Notes under the pieces: generated by a model
What the model was told of the DNA's origin: nothing
The model's database searches: none
Seen by the model: only the letters and a program-made list of their open reading frames with translations
Shown: piece after piece, positions 38,721-48,315 of the stretch
How positions within the stretch are numbered: position 1 is the first letter of the stretch
How the letters are laid out: each line of letters starts with the position of its first letter
Program-made: the position numbers and the translations under genes
Assembly (NCBI GenBank): GCA_036488085.1
Contig: DASXHZ010000089.1
Span: 5,578-69,577 of the forward strand
DNA from: Thermoanaerobaculia bacterium
Lineage (GTDB): Bacteria > Acidobacteriota > Thermoanaerobaculia > Gp7-AA8
DNA length: 64,000 nucleotides
Reading direction: 5' to 3'

Positions 38721-39398
38721 CTACCCTGGCGGGTCGTAGCGATAGCCGAAACCGACGACGGTGGAGATGCGGTCCGGGCCGATTTTCTTGCGGAGGTTGC
38801 GGATGTGGGCGTCGACGGTCCTCGTCTCGACCTCATCCGACATCTGCCACACTTCGGACAAGATCCGGTCGCGCGAGATGACGGACCCTTTGTTCCGCAC
38901 CAGAAGCCACAGCAGCTCGAACTCTTTCTTCGCGAGCTTGACCTCGGTGCCATGGCGGTGGACGCGGAACGACTTCTCGTCGATCCGGATCTCCCCGTCT
39001 TCGTACGTCGACGAGTCCTCCGGGGCGACGCGGGCACGTCGCCAGACGGCGGCAACGCGAGCGACGAGCTCGCGGACGCTGAACGGTTTGGTCAGGTAAT
39101 CGTCGGCGCCGAGCTCGAGGCCGGTGATTCGGTCGCGCTCCGCGCCGCGCGCGGTCAGCATCATGATCGGGATCGCCTGCGTCTTGGGGTCGCGCCGCAG
39201 CTCGCGGCAGATCGTGAGGCCGTCGAGGTCGGGCAGGTTGAGGTCGAGGATCACGAAGTCGAAGCCGCCGCGCTGCACGGCGTGCAGACCGTCCTGCCCC
39301 CGTCCGAAGATCGTGACGGTGTAGCCGTCGCGCTCCAGGTTCAGACGAACCGTAAAGGCGATGTCGTTGTCGTCCTCGATCAGTGCGATCCGCTTCAT
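38721..39398 (-). CDS. phoB: OmpR-family response regulator PhoB
   Basis: receiver (DDNDIAFTV.. D.. K) plus winged-helix C-terminus; 4-nt overlap with phoU; pst context. Confidence 0.85.
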   Translation of the reverse strand: MKRIALIEDDNDIAFTVRLNLERDGYTVTIFGRGQDGLHAVQRGGFDFVILDLNLPDLDGLTICRELRRDPKTQAIPIMMLTARGAERDRITGLELGADDYLTKPFSVRELVARVAAVWRRARVAPEDSSTYEDGEIRIDEKSFRVHRHGTEVKLAKKEFELLWLLVRNKGSVISRDRILSEVWQMSDEVETRTVDAHIRNLRKKIGPDRISTVVGFGYRYDPPG

Positions 39399-40063
39399 GG
39401 CTGGTCGGCGTTGGTGTGCTTGATCATCCGGCCTTCGACGAGGTAGACGACCATCTCACAAATATTGGTCGCGCCGTCGGCCATCCGCTCGAAATACTTG
39501 CCGATGAAGGTGAGGCGTATCGCGGGCGAGATGTAGCGCGGGTTCTCCAGCATGTACGTGAGCAGGGTACGGAACGACTCGACGGTGAGCTGATCGACGA
39601 CGTCGTCTTCCTTGATCACCGCGCGCGCCAGGTTCGCGTCGCCGCGGACGAATGCGTCAAGCGACTGCCGCACCATCCGCTGTGCGTCTTCGGCGAGGCG
39701 TGGCAGGTGGACGAGCGGCTTGAGCATCGGCTCCTTCGCCAGCTCGATGACGCGCTCGCAGACGTCCTGCGCCAGATCGGCGATGCGCTCCAGCTCCGGC
39801 GTGATCTTCATGGCGGTCGCGACGAAGCGGAGGTCGCCGGCGGCCGGCTGCATCTTCGCGATCAGCTCGATGACGCGCTGGTCGATCTGCACCTCCATCT
39901 CGTCGATGCGGTCGTCGTTCGCGATCACCTGCTCGGCAATCCGGATGTCGTTCTCCAGGAGGGCGCGAATCGACTGCTGCATCGCGTCCTCCACCATCGC
40001 ACCCATGCGCAGCAGGAGGTCTTTGATGTCTTCGATGTCGCGGTCGAAATGGCGAAGTGTCAT
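39395..40063 (-). CDS. phoU: phosphate signalling complex protein PhoU
   Basis: two PhoU repeats with ERIADLAQDV and ERMADGATNI motifs. Confidence 0.9.
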   Translation of the reverse strand: MTLRHFDRDIEDIKDLLLRMGAMVEDAMQQSIRALLENDIRIAEQVIANDDRIDEMEVQIDQRVIELIAKMQPAAGDLRFVATAMKITPELERIADLAQDVCERVIELAKEPMLKPLVHLPRLAEDAQRMVRQSLDAFVRGDANLARAVIKEDDVVDQLTVESFRTLLTYMLENPRYISPAIRLTFIGKYFERMADGATNICEMVVYLVEGRMIKHTNADQP

Positions 40064-40158
40064 AGTTTCGTTACTCGTTACTCGTTATTCGTTACTCGGG
40101 GAACCGTTATCTGTTATCCGTTATCCGAGTAACGAATAACGAATAACGAACCGCGTTC
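40064..40158. terminator. AT-rich heptamer-built palindrome between pstB and phoU (putative terminator or attenuator)
   Basis: (CGTTAYT)x4 - GGAA - (CYGTTAT)x3 - (ARTAACG)x3; outer blocks form ~26-bp imperfect stem. Confidence 0.55.
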
Positions 40159-40968
40159 CTACCCAAACCGCCCAGTCACATAGTCTTCCGTAATTTTTTC
40201 CCGCGGGTTCATGAAGATCGTATTCGTGTCGCCGTACTCCACGAGCTTGCCGAGCATGAAGAAGGCGGTCTTGTCGGAGACACGCGCGGCCTGCTGCATG
40301 TTGTGGGTGACGATCACGATCGTGTAGTTGGCTTTCAGCTCCCAGATCAGCTCTTCGATCTTGGTGGTGGCGATCGGGTCGAGGGCGGACGCCGGCTCGT
40401 CCATGAGAAGGATCTCCGGATCGACGGCGAGAGCGCGGGCGATGCAGAGACGCTGCTGCTGGCCGCCGGAGAGCGCGAACGCGGAGTCGTTGAGGCGGTC
40501 CTTCACCTCGTCCCACAGCGCAGCGCGCCGCAGCGACTTCTCGACCGTCTCGCTGAGCGTCCGCTTCCCGCGAATGCCGCCGATCCGGAGACCGTACGCG
40601 ACGTTGTCGTAGATCGACTTCGGGAACGGATTCGATTTCTGGAACACCATCCCGACACGGCGCCGCAGCTCGACGGCGTCGGTGTCGGGTGAGTAGATGT
40701 TGCGGCCGTCGATCTCGATCGTCCCGACGCCGCGGGCCTCCGGGATGATGTCGTTCATCCGGTTGATGGAGCGGACGAACGTCGACTTCCCGCAGCCCGA
40801 CGGCCCGATCAGCGCCGTTACCTGCTGCTCCGGAACGTCGAGGTTGATGTCGTGCAGCACGTGCGCACCGCCGTAAAAGAAGTTGAAGTCCTTCACGGTG
40901 ATCTTCGGCGGCACGAAGCTCGTCGCGGTCGCTGTCGGTGTCGGTATCTGCATCGTCGTCGGTTCCAT
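40159..40968 (-). CDS. pstB: phosphate ABC transporter ATP-binding protein
   Basis: Walker [10 protein letters not shown], signature LSGGQQQRL, Walker B LLMDEP; ATG at 40968 verified. Confidence 0.9.
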   Translation of the reverse strand: MEPTTMQIPTPTATATSFVPPKITVKDFNFFYGGAHVLHDINLDVPEQQVTALIGPSGCGKSTFVRSINRMNDIIPEARGVGTIEIDGRNIYSPDTDAVELRRRVGMVFQKSNPFPKSIYDNVAYGLRIGGIRGKRTLSETVEKSLRRAALWDEVKDRLNDSAFALSGGQQQRLCIARALAVDPEILLMDEPASALDPIATTKIEELIWELKANYTIVIVTHNMQQAARVSDKTAFFMLGKLVEYGDTNTIFMNPREKITEDYVTGRFG

Positions 40969-40982
40969 TGGGATCAGCGTAG

Positions 40983-41822
40983 TCACGGGCGGTTCATCCT
41001 CTCGAGGCGGCGAACGGCGAGGCGGGCGACGATCGAGAGCGTGAGGATGATCATCACCAGGAGGAACGCACCGGCCCACGCCTGCCGGTGCCAGTCGTCA
41101 TACGGCGAGATCGCGTACGTGAAGACCTGCACGGTCAGCGACGCGATCGGCTGCGTGATGTTGGCCGAGAAGAACTGGTTGCTGAATGCGGTGAAGAGCA
41201 GCGGCGCCGTCTCCCCCGCCACACGCGCGAGCGCGACGAGGATTCCGGTGAGGATGCCTGGCAGCGCGGCCGGGAGAATCACGGTGAAAACCGCGCGGCT
41301 GCGTGTCGCGCCGAGGGCGAGTGCGCCTTCGCGCAGGCTGCTCGGGACGAGACGGAGCAGTTCTTCGGTCGTCCTGACGATGATCGGCAGCATCAGGATG
41401 CCGAGGGCGACGCCGCCTGCGATGGCGCTGAAACGCTTCACCGGGAGGACGACGAGACCGTACGCGAAGATGCCGATGACGATCGACGGCACGCCGTTCA
41501 ACACGTCGGCGGAGAAGCGGACCGCGCTCCCGAATTTCCCGCCAGGATATTCGGAGAGGTAGATGCCGCTCATGCAGCCGATCGGCACCGCGAAGAGCGC
41601 CGCGAGGCCGACTAGGATGAGCGTGCCGACGATCGCATTCGCCATCCCGCCGCCCGTCTCGCCGACGGGCTTCGGCATGTGCGTGAAGAAGGCGAGATTC
41701 AGCGAACCGATCCCCTCTTTGACGACATAGAAGAGGATCATCGCGAGCGGGACGAGCGCGAGCAGCACCGAGACGGCGCAGAAGATTTCGGCGAGTCGCG
41801 AAACGAGCTTGCGGCGGCTCAT
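40983..41822 (-). CDS. pstA: phosphate ABC transporter permease PstA
   Basis: 6-TM permease with EAA-like loop; pst operon position. Confidence 0.9.
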   Translation of the reverse strand: MSRRKLVSRLAEIFCAVSVLLALVPLAMILFYVVKEGIGSLNLAFFTHMPKPVGETGGGMANAIVGTLILVGLAALFAVPIGCMSGIYLSEYPGGKFGSAVRFSADVLNGVPSIVIGIFAYGLVVLPVKRFSAIAGGVALGILMLPIIVRTTEELLRLVPSSLREGALALGATRSRAVFTVILPAALPGILTGILVALARVAGETAPLLFTAFSNQFFSANITQPIASLTVQVFTYAISPYDDWHRQAWAGAFLLVMIILTLSIVARLAVRRLERMNRP

Positions 41823-42709
41823 ATCTTCTTCGTCCCCCAGATCAGGAGGCGCGACATCGCGTTGATGACGATGGTGATGATGAACAGCAGCAGCCCGATC
41901 TCGATCAACGCGTGCAGATACAGCTCATCCGCCGCCTCGGTGAACTCGTTCGCGATGACCGCGGCCATCGTGTACTGCGGTGCGAGGAGCGAGGCGGTCA
42001 CCTTCGGGCTGTTGCCGATGACCATCGTCACCGCCATCGTCTCGCCGAGGGCACGGCCGAAGCCGAGCATGACCGCGCCGATGATTCCCGTCTTGCCGTA
42101 GCCGATGGCGACTTTGATCGCTTCCCAGCGCGTGGCGCCGAGGGCGTATGCGGCCTCGCGCTGCGTGACCGGAACGTTCTTCAGGATCTCGCGCGCGACC
42201 GATGATGTGAACGGGACGACCATGACCGCGAGGATCAGCGCGGCGGTTCCCATCCCCACTCCGAGCGGAGGACCTTTAAAGAACGGGATGTGCCTGAGCG
42301 AGTCCGGCAGCGCGACCTCCGCCTTCCGGACGATCGGCACGAGCACGAAGATCCCCCAGAGGCCGTAGACGATCGACGGGATCGCGGCGAGGAGTTCTGT
42401 GAGATACGTCAGCGGCTGTCGCAGCAGCCGCGGCGACAGCTCCGAGATGAAGATGGCGATGCCGAGGGCGATGGGCGTCGAGAGCAGCAACGCCAGGAGC
42501 GACGAGTAGAGCGTTCCCCAGATGAACGGGAGCGCGCCGAAGTCGCCCGACACCGGGTCCCACGTCGTTCCCTTCCAGAACGCGAAGCCGAACTTCGTGA
42601 TCGAGAGCATCGACTGGCGCGACAGCTCGAACGCCAGGCCGAGGACGGTCAGGAGAACGAGAGACGCGAATCCGCCCGTGACGATCCGAAACCACCGATC
42701 GTCCTTCAC
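41819..42709 (-). CDS. pstC: phosphate ABC transporter permease PstC
   Basis: GTG start overlapping pstS stop (GTGA); 4-nt overlap with pstA. Confidence 0.85.
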   Translation of the reverse strand: MKDDRWFRIVTGGFASLVLLTVLGLAFELSRQSMLSITKFGFAFWKGTTWDPVSGDFGALPFIWGTLYSSLLALLLSTPIALGIAIFISELSPRLLRQPLTYLTELLAAIPSIVYGLWGIFVLVPIVRKAEVALPDSLRHIPFFKGPPLGVGMGTAALILAVMVVPFTSSVAREILKNVPVTQREAAYALGATRWEAIKVAIGYGKTGIIGAVMLGFGRALGETMAVTMVIGNSPKVTASLLAPQYTMAAVIANEFTEAADELYLHALIEIGLLLFIITIVINAMSRLLIWGTKKI

Positions 42710-43731
42710 AGACGCGGGAGCTCCTTGTCGACGACCGGCTTCGGAAGCGGCGCGTACCCGAGTGCCTTCGCGTACTGCTGGCCATCGGTGAGCGCCCACT
42801 TCATGAAGTCGCGCATCACCTTGGCGCGGCCGGCGTCCTGCGGCTGTTTGTAGAGGAGCATCCAGGTGAACGACGCGATCGGATACGCGTCCTTGCCGTC
42901 CGGGTCGGTGATCGAAACGCGGAAGTCGTCGGGGACGTTCACCCCGGCCGCCGCGGCGGTGACGCTATCGAGCGAGGCGGTGACGAACGTTCCCGCCTTG
43001 TTCTGCACCGTGCCGTACGGAATCTTGGTCTGCAGCGCGTAAATGAGCTCGACGTAACCGATCGCACCGGGCGTCTGTTTCACGAGACCAGAGACACCTT
43101 CGTTCCCCTTCCCGCCGACGCCCGCCGGCCACTGCACGGCGGTCGACGCGCCGACTTTCTGCTTCCACTCCGGCGACGTCTTCGAGAGGAAGTCGCAGAA
43201 GATGAACGTCGTCCCCGAGCCGTCGGATCGATGGACGACCGCGACGTCGGTGGCTGGCAGCGAGACGCCGGGATTGAGCTGCGCGATCGCCGGATCGTTC
43301 CACTTCGTGATCTTGCCGAGGTAGATCTGCGCGAGGAGCGCGCCGTTGAAGCGGATCGGTGCGGTGATGCCGGGGACGTTGTAAACCGGAACGACCGCGC
43401 CGAGGACGGTCGGGAAGTGGAGGATCGGTGCGGGCGCCGCCTTGAGCTGTTCGTCGGTCATCGGCATGTCGCTGGCGCCGAAGAAGACGGTCTGCGCGGA
43501 GAGCTGCTTGATGCCGCCGCCCGAACCGATCGACTGGTAGTTGATCCGGACGTTCGGATTCTTCTTCCCGTACTCGTCGAACCATTTCGAATAGATCGGA
43601 TACGGGAACGTCGCGCCGGCGCCGTTGATGGTGAGCGCGTTCGAGGTGCTGGTGCTGGTGGTCCGCTCCGTGGGAGCGCACGCCACGAGAAGAGCGGCTG
43701 CGGATAGATACACGAGTGCTGTTCGAAACAT
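42706..43731 (-). CDS. pstS: phosphate-binding protein PstS (paralog 1)
   Basis: signal peptide/lipobox, GAGATFPYPIYSKWF motif. Confidence 0.9.
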   Translation of the reverse strand: MFRTALVYLSAAALLVACAPTERTTSTSTSNALTINGAGATFPYPIYSKWFDEYGKKNPNVRINYQSIGSGGGIKQLSAQTVFFGASDMPMTDEQLKAAPAPILHFPTVLGAVVPVYNVPGITAPIRFNGALLAQIYLGKITKWNDPAIAQLNPGVSLPATDVAVVHRSDGSGTTFIFCDFLSKTSPEWKQKVGASTAVQWPAGVGGKGNEGVSGLVKQTPGAIGYVELIYALQTKIPYGTVQNKAGTFVTASLDSVTAAAAGVNVPDDFRVSITDPDGKDAYPIASFTWMLLYKQPQDAGRAKVMRDFMKWALTDGQQYAKALGYAPLPKPVVDKELPRL

Positions 43732-43775
43732 GCGCGGATTGTCGAAGTTCGCCGATGCAGCGGGATAGCGAGGTG

Positions 43776-43793
43776 TGTAAATTCGGTGTGAAG
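43776..43793 (-). promoter_or_regulatory. Pho-box-like direct repeat upstream of pstS1 (TTCACA-ccgaa-TTTACA on minus strand)
   Basis: two TTYACR hexamers 11 bp apart, ~45 nt upstream of pstS1 start; same 18-mer upstream of porin. Confidence 0.45.
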
Positions 43794-43795
43794 GC

Positions 43796-44818
43796 CTACA
43801 TCTTGATGCGCTTCAGCGCCTCCATCTCCAGCGCGACCACTTCCTTCGGCAGCGGCGCGTAGCCGAGGCCCTCGCAGTAGCGCTGGCCGTCGGTGAGCGC
43901 CCAGTGGATGAAGTCGGAGAGGATGTGGGCGCGGGTGCGGTCCTTCGGGCTCTGCTGCACGAGGAGCCAGGTGAACGAGGAGATCGGGTAGACGTTCTTG
44001 CCGGGGGCGTTCGTGATCGAGACTCGAAAATCACGAGGCATGTTCCGCGCGGCTGCGGCCGCGGCGTTCGAGACCGTCTCGACCGAAGCGCGGAGGAACT
44101 CGCCCGCCTGATTCTGCACCGCACCGTACGGAATCTTGTTCTGCAGCGCGTAAATCAGCTCGACGTAGCCGATGGCGCCCGGCGTCTGCTTCACCAGACC
44201 GGCGACGCCTTCGTTTCCCTTCCCCCCGACGCCGGCCGGCCAGTTGACCGACGTCGCGACGCCGACGCTCTTCTTCCAGTCGGGCGAGACCTTCGCGAGG
44301 TAATCGCACCAGATGTAGCTCGTGCCGGAGCCGTCGGAGCGATGCACGACCGTGATGTCGGTGGCCGGCAGGCTCACGCCGGGATTCGCGAGACGGATCG
44401 CCGCGTCATTCCACTTCGTGATCTTGCCGAGAAAGATGTCGGCGAGGATCGGGCCGGTGAAGCGGAGCTCCGCGCTGACGCCCGGGATCTCGTACACCGG
44501 AACGACGCCGCCGAGGACCGTCGGGAAGTGGAGGATCGGGAAGCCGGCGGCGAGGATCTGTTCATTCGTCATCGGGCCGTCCGACGCGCCGAAGAAGACC
44601 GTTCCGGCGGTGAGCTGGCGGATGCCGCCGCCCGAGCCGATCGACTGGTAGTTGATCTCCGCGTTCGGATGCGCCTTGTGGTACTCGTCGAACCACTTCG
44701 AATAGATCGGGTACGGGAACGTCGCGCCGGCGCCGTTCATCTGCACCGTCTGCGCCGATACCTGTGTGGATAGAGCTGTCGCCAGCAGCGCGATGAGCGC
44801 CGCGAAAATTGCCTTCAT
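43796..44818 (-). CDS. pstS: phosphate-binding protein PstS (paralog 2)
   Basis: signal peptide; GAGATFPYPIYSKWF; 13 nt downstream of porin gene. Confidence 0.9.
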   Translation of the reverse strand: MKAIFAALIALLATALSTQVSAQTVQMNGAGATFPYPIYSKWFDEYHKAHPNAEINYQSIGSGGGIRQLTAGTVFFGASDGPMTNEQILAAGFPILHFPTVLGGVVPVYEIPGVSAELRFTGPILADIFLGKITKWNDAAIRLANPGVSLPATDITVVHRSDGSGTSYIWCDYLAKVSPDWKKSVGVATSVNWPAGVGGKGNEGVAGLVKQTPGAIGYVELIYALQNKIPYGAVQNQAGEFLRASVETVSNAAAAAARNMPRDFRVSITNAPGKNVYPISSFTWLLVQQSPKDRTRAHILSDFIHWALTDGQRYCEGLGYAPLPKEVVALEMEALKRIKM

Positions 44819-44831
44819 GTTTGTCCTCCGA

Positions 44832-45923
44832 TTAGAAGTTGATGAGCAGTTTCAGGCCGTAACGGGTGTCGTTGGCCTGACCGAAGCTGGAACGATCGAG
44901 CTTGTCGTAGTCGGCCATGAGCGCCGACGTCACGCCTTGCAGGTGCTGGAACCAGTACGCGATGCCGACGATGTCGCGCTTCCGCTTCTGGCTGCTGATG
45001 CTCTTGTTCGGCGTGAACTCGTCGTGGCGGAGCAGCGCCTCCCATCCCGACGTGCCGAACTTCGGCGTCGCCCAGATCGTGTAGCCCCTGCCGTCGACTT
45101 CCGACTTCGTCGCCGAGGTGCGGTCCTTCGCCGAGACGACGTCGGCGCCGATGTTCACGAGCGGATGCTCGAACGTCACCTGGCCCACCGCCCGCGTGCG
45201 CTTGGCGTCCTGGACGTAGTGGTCCTCATCGATGTAGCCGGTGACGCGCAGCCCCTTCCAGATGCCGCCGAGCGGCAGCGGGCGGAGCGAGCCGCGGATC
45301 TGGAACGCCTTTTCGTTGTTCGTCTCGGCCTTGCTGTAACCCTCGCCGTTGAAGAAGCCGGCCTGCACGTCGCCGTAGCCGCCCGGCGCGTTCCAGTGTC
45401 CGGAGACGCCGGCGTCCGACGACGGGAAGAGGCCTTCGCGGTCTTCGAACGTGGTCCCCTGGAAGCGATAGCGGTAGATGCTCTCGTTGTAGTCGATGAA
45501 CGGCGTCTGCTGGAGGCCGAAGCGCACCCACGAGCCTTTGTTCGTCCAGTCGTCGAGGTTGAACTGGCCGTACGCGTACTTGAGGCGAAACGTGTACGAG
45601 CCGCTCAGCGAGCTTCCCGTCCCGCTCTCACGCGTGATGTCGGGCGTGACGCGGTACGCGATCAGGTGATTCAGATTTCCGGTGAAGTTGACGTATGCGC
45701 GGCTGATGTTGAACGAGCTGTTGTGGATCGTGTTGCCGTCCGAGTCGGTGCCGGTGGGCGACTCGTTGTAGGTGTAGTCCGCGAAGATCGTCGCGCCGAC
45801 TTTGAAGGACGGCGTGTCGTTCGGCGGGGTGTATCCCGCCGCGGGCGTGACCTGACCGAACGCAGCGGCCGCGAGTGAGCCGCAGATCGCAGCGGCAAGG
45901 GCGAAACCGATTTTCATCTGCAA
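44832..45923 (-). CDS. phosphate-selective porin OprO/OprP-like
   Basis: signal peptide, beta-barrel pattern, terminal aromatic ..LLINF; heads the pst cluster. Confidence 0.7.
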   Translation of the reverse strand: MQMKIGFALAAAICGSLAAAAFGQVTPAAGYTPPNDTPSFKVGATIFADYTYNESPTGTDSDGNTIHNSSFNISRAYVNFTGNLNHLIAYRVTPDITRESGTGSSLSGSYTFRLKYAYGQFNLDDWTNKGSWVRFGLQQTPFIDYNESIYRYRFQGTTFEDREGLFPSSDAGVSGHWNAPGGYGDVQAGFFNGEGYSKAETNNEKAFQIRGSLRPLPLGGIWKGLRVTGYIDEDHYVQDAKRTRAVGQVTFEHPLVNIGADVVSAKDRTSATKSEVDGRGYTIWATPKFGTSGWEALLRHDEFTPNKSISSQKRKRDIVGIAYWFQHLQGVTSALMADYDKLDRSSFGQANDTRYGLKLLINF

Positions 45924-45991
45924 AGCCTCCCTATGGAACCAATGTTGTCGCGCATGGTAGCGGCAGCCTCATGCAGCCCGTTAGTCGAACC

Positions 45992-46009
45992 CGTAAATTC
46001 GGCGTGAAG
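45992..46009 (-). promoter_or_regulatory. Pho-box-like direct repeat upstream of porin-pstS2 (TTCACG-ccgaa-TTTACG)
   Basis: near-identical to the pstS1 box, ~70 nt upstream of porin start. Confidence 0.45.
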
Positions 46010-46019
46010 CGCGCCGCGG

Positions 46020-46502
46020 TCAAACGCAATCCCGAATACGATCCGGATACATCTCCTTGTGATCCCAGCCGCCAAGCTGCGACGCGTCGGGATTGTTCAA
46101 CACGTACTCGATCGTCTGCGCCAGTTCACGCGCGTTCCGAATCAGGCGGTCAAAGTAATCCTTCTGCCACAGCCTCCCGCCCGCGATTGCACGCGCAGTC
46201 ACGCTCTTCCAAGTCTTGATGATCGTCGCGATCGAGGCAGTCGGACGAAAAATCACGTGAACGTGGTCCGGCATGACACACCACACGAGCAGCAGGTAGT
46301 CGCGTTCATCGTCATGCCGGAGTACCTCGGCGACGATGTCTGCGTCCGCATGGGTGAGCTGACGGCGAGCGCCGACGCAAAACGTGACGAATTGCGTGCC
46401 ATGCGCTGCGTCCCAATGCGGCAGCTTCTTGCGACGATGCACCGTCACCGCACCTGGCTCGAACGTACCGTAGACACCCGACAGATCGCGCACCAGCGTC
46501 AC
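46020..46502 (-). CDS. REP-associated tyrosine transposase (RAYT, IS200/IS605 TnpA-like Y1 HUH)
   Basis: MPDHVHVI HUH motif and WQKDYFDRLIRN catalytic-Tyr motif; flanked by REP doublet. Confidence 0.75.
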   Translation of the reverse strand: MTLVRDLSGVYGTFEPGAVTVHRRKKLPHWDAAHGTQFVTFCVGARRQLTHADADIVAEVLRHDDERDYLLLVWCVMPDHVHVIFRPTASIATIIKTWKSVTARAIAGGRLWQKDYFDRLIRNARELAQTIEYVLNNPDASQLGGWDHKEMYPDRIRDCV

Positions 46503-46539
46503 GTTTCGAGACTACCTCGGATCCGGTGTCCCCCCAGCG

Positions 46540-46745
46540 CGGCTATCGCCGCGCAGGCGGACGAGGGCGTCCGCCTCTCCAGGCGGTGGAATCGCAACTT
46601 GCCAGGTGAGGCGCACGCAGCGCGGCTATCGCCGCGCGGGCGGACGAGGGCGTCCGCCCCTCCAAAAGCGCGACCCGGGAGGGGGGCACGCCGCCCAGGC
46701 TGGAGAATCGCGAAACTTGCCCGGAGGGGCGCACGCCCTCGTGCG
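46540..46745. mobile_element. REP doublet (family A hairpins GGCGGACG-cccT-CGTCCGCC) adjacent to RAYT, forming a REPIN-like unit
   Basis: two copies of ~95-bp unit each with GGCGGACGAGGGCGTCCGCC and GGCGCACG..CGTGCGCC hairpins; reverse-complement of 58.6-kb tandem repeats. Confidence 0.6.
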
Positions 46746-46774
46746 CCCAGCCGCGCGTCAGCGCGGCGAATCGC

Positions 46775-46793
46775 CTTCACACCGATTTTGGAC
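46775..46793 (+). promoter_or_regulatory. Pho-box-like site upstream of ppx (CTTCACACCGATTTTGGAC)
   Basis: 15/19 match to the pstS1 box, same orientation relative to transcription, ~40 nt upstream of ppx ATG. Confidence 0.35.
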
Positions 46794-46830
46794 CGGCGCG
46801 CGCGCTCCGCTTGCATACTCTCCGACGCAG

Positions 46831-48315
46831 ATGGCGACACCACGGCGGATTGCGGCGATCGATGTGGGGACGAACTCGATCCATATGATCGTGGCGGAAC
46901 TGCAGCGGCGCGGGTATCGGGTGGTCGACAAAGAGAAGGAGATGGTGCAGCTCGGCCTCAGCAGCCTCGATGGCGCGCCTCTGAGCGAGAGCGCCATGAG
47001 CCGCGGCGTCGACGCGATCGCGCACATGGCGGAAGTCGCGCGCGGCTGGGAGGTGGAGGAGATCATCGCCGTCGCAACCAGTGCCGTCCGAGAGGCGCCG
47101 AACCGCCGCGAGTTTCTGCGGCGCGTCAAAGACGCCTCCGGCGTGAAGCTGCGCTGCATCTCCGGCGAGGAGGAAGCGGACTACATCTACCGCGCCATCC
47201 GCTCCTCGGTCGACCTCGGCGGCGGCACGTCGCTCTGCATCGACATCGGCGGCGGCAGCGTGGAGTTCATCATCGCAACCGCGTCGGAGATCTACTTCAC
47301 CGCGAGCGAACCCCTCGGGTCATTGCGTCTCGCGCAGCGTTTCCGCCTGCAGGACCTCGCGACGGCCGACGACATCGCAGCCTGCCGCCGCTTCGCCGCC
47401 GGGCATCTGAAAAAGGTCCACAAACAGGTGCGGCTGATCGGCGTCGACCAGTGCATCGGGACCTCGGGAACGATTCAGGCGCTGGCGACCCTCGTCCCGC
47501 AGCCGTTCACGCGCGCGGCGCTCGAAGAGCTCCTCGGCCGCCTGACCGGCACGACGGCGAAGGAGCGCGTCGAGCGATTCGGCATCGAAGAAAAGCGCGC
47601 GAACACGATCCTCGGCGGCGCCGTCGCCCTGGTCGCGATCTTGGAGACGCTCGGCATCGAGTCGCTGATCGTCTCCCCCGCCGCCATTCGCGAAGGGATC
47701 ATCGTCGCGCGGGCGGCGGTGAAGACATCGGCGAGCGCGCGTTCGCTGCGGCGCTCGTCCGTGCTGGCGCTCGCGGAGCGGAGCGACTGCGACAAGCGGC
47801 ACGCGCGGCACGTGGCGCTGCTCGCGGCGCGCATCTTCGATCAGACGGCGCGGCTGCACGCGCTGCCGCTCGACAGCCGCGAGCTCCTCGAGCATGCCGC
47901 CCTTTTGCACGAGGTCGGGATGCACGTGAGCGATCGCGGCTACCACAAGCACTCGTACTACCTGATCCGCCATGCGGCGCTGCGCGGCTTCAGCGACGAG
48001 GAGCTCGCCGTGATCGCGAACGTGGCGCGCTATCACCGCAAGTCGGAGCCGGATGACGATCACGAGAACCTTGCGGAGCTGTCGGCGGCGCAGCGGGGCG
48101 ACGTCGAGAAGCTCTCCGCGATCCTCCGGATCGCCGAGGCGCTCGATCGGAGCCATCGGCAATCGGTGCGCGACGTCGCGGTGCGGCTCGACGGGAACGT
48201 CAAGTTCCTCGTCCGCGCGCGGTCAAACGCCGCGGTCGAGATCGCCGCCGCGGAGAAGCGCGCCCGCTACTTCGGCACGCTGTTTGAGCGCAAAGTGCGC
48301 TTCGAGGTGGTGTGA
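46831..48315 (+). CDS. ppx: exopolyphosphatase Ppx/GppA with C-terminal HD domain
   Basis: IAAIDVGTNSIHMIV actin-like fold start; HD motif region; ATG at 46831 verified. Confidence 0.85.
   Translation: MATPRRIAAIDVGTNSIHMIVAELQRRGYRVVDKEKEMVQLGLSSLDGAPLSESAMSRGVDAIAHMAEVARGWEVEEIIAVATSAVREAPNRREFLRRVKDASGVKLRCISGEEEADYIYRAIRSSVDLGGGTSLCIDIGGGSVEFIIATASEIYFTASEPLGSLRLAQRFRLQDLATADDIAACRRFAAGHLKKVHKQVRLIGVDQCIGTSGTIQALATLVPQPFTRAALEELLGRLTGTTAKERVERFGIEEKRANTILGGAVALVAILETLGIESLIVSPAAIREGIIVARAAVKTSASARSLRRSSVLALAERSDCDKRHARHVALLAARIFDQTARLHALPLDSRELLEHAALLHEVGMHVSDRGYHKHSYYLIRHAALRGFSDEELAVIANVARYHRKSEPDDDHENLAELSAAQRGDVEKLSAILRIAEALDRSHRQSVRDVAVRLDGNVKFLVRARSNAAVEIAAAEKRARYFGTLFERKVRFEVV

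Noticed and set aside
40064-40158. tRNA or small RNA gene in the AT-rich pstB-phoU spacer
   Set aside because: The structure is a simple long hairpin built from heptamer repeats. There is no cloverleaf, anticodon stem or conserved tRNA bases.
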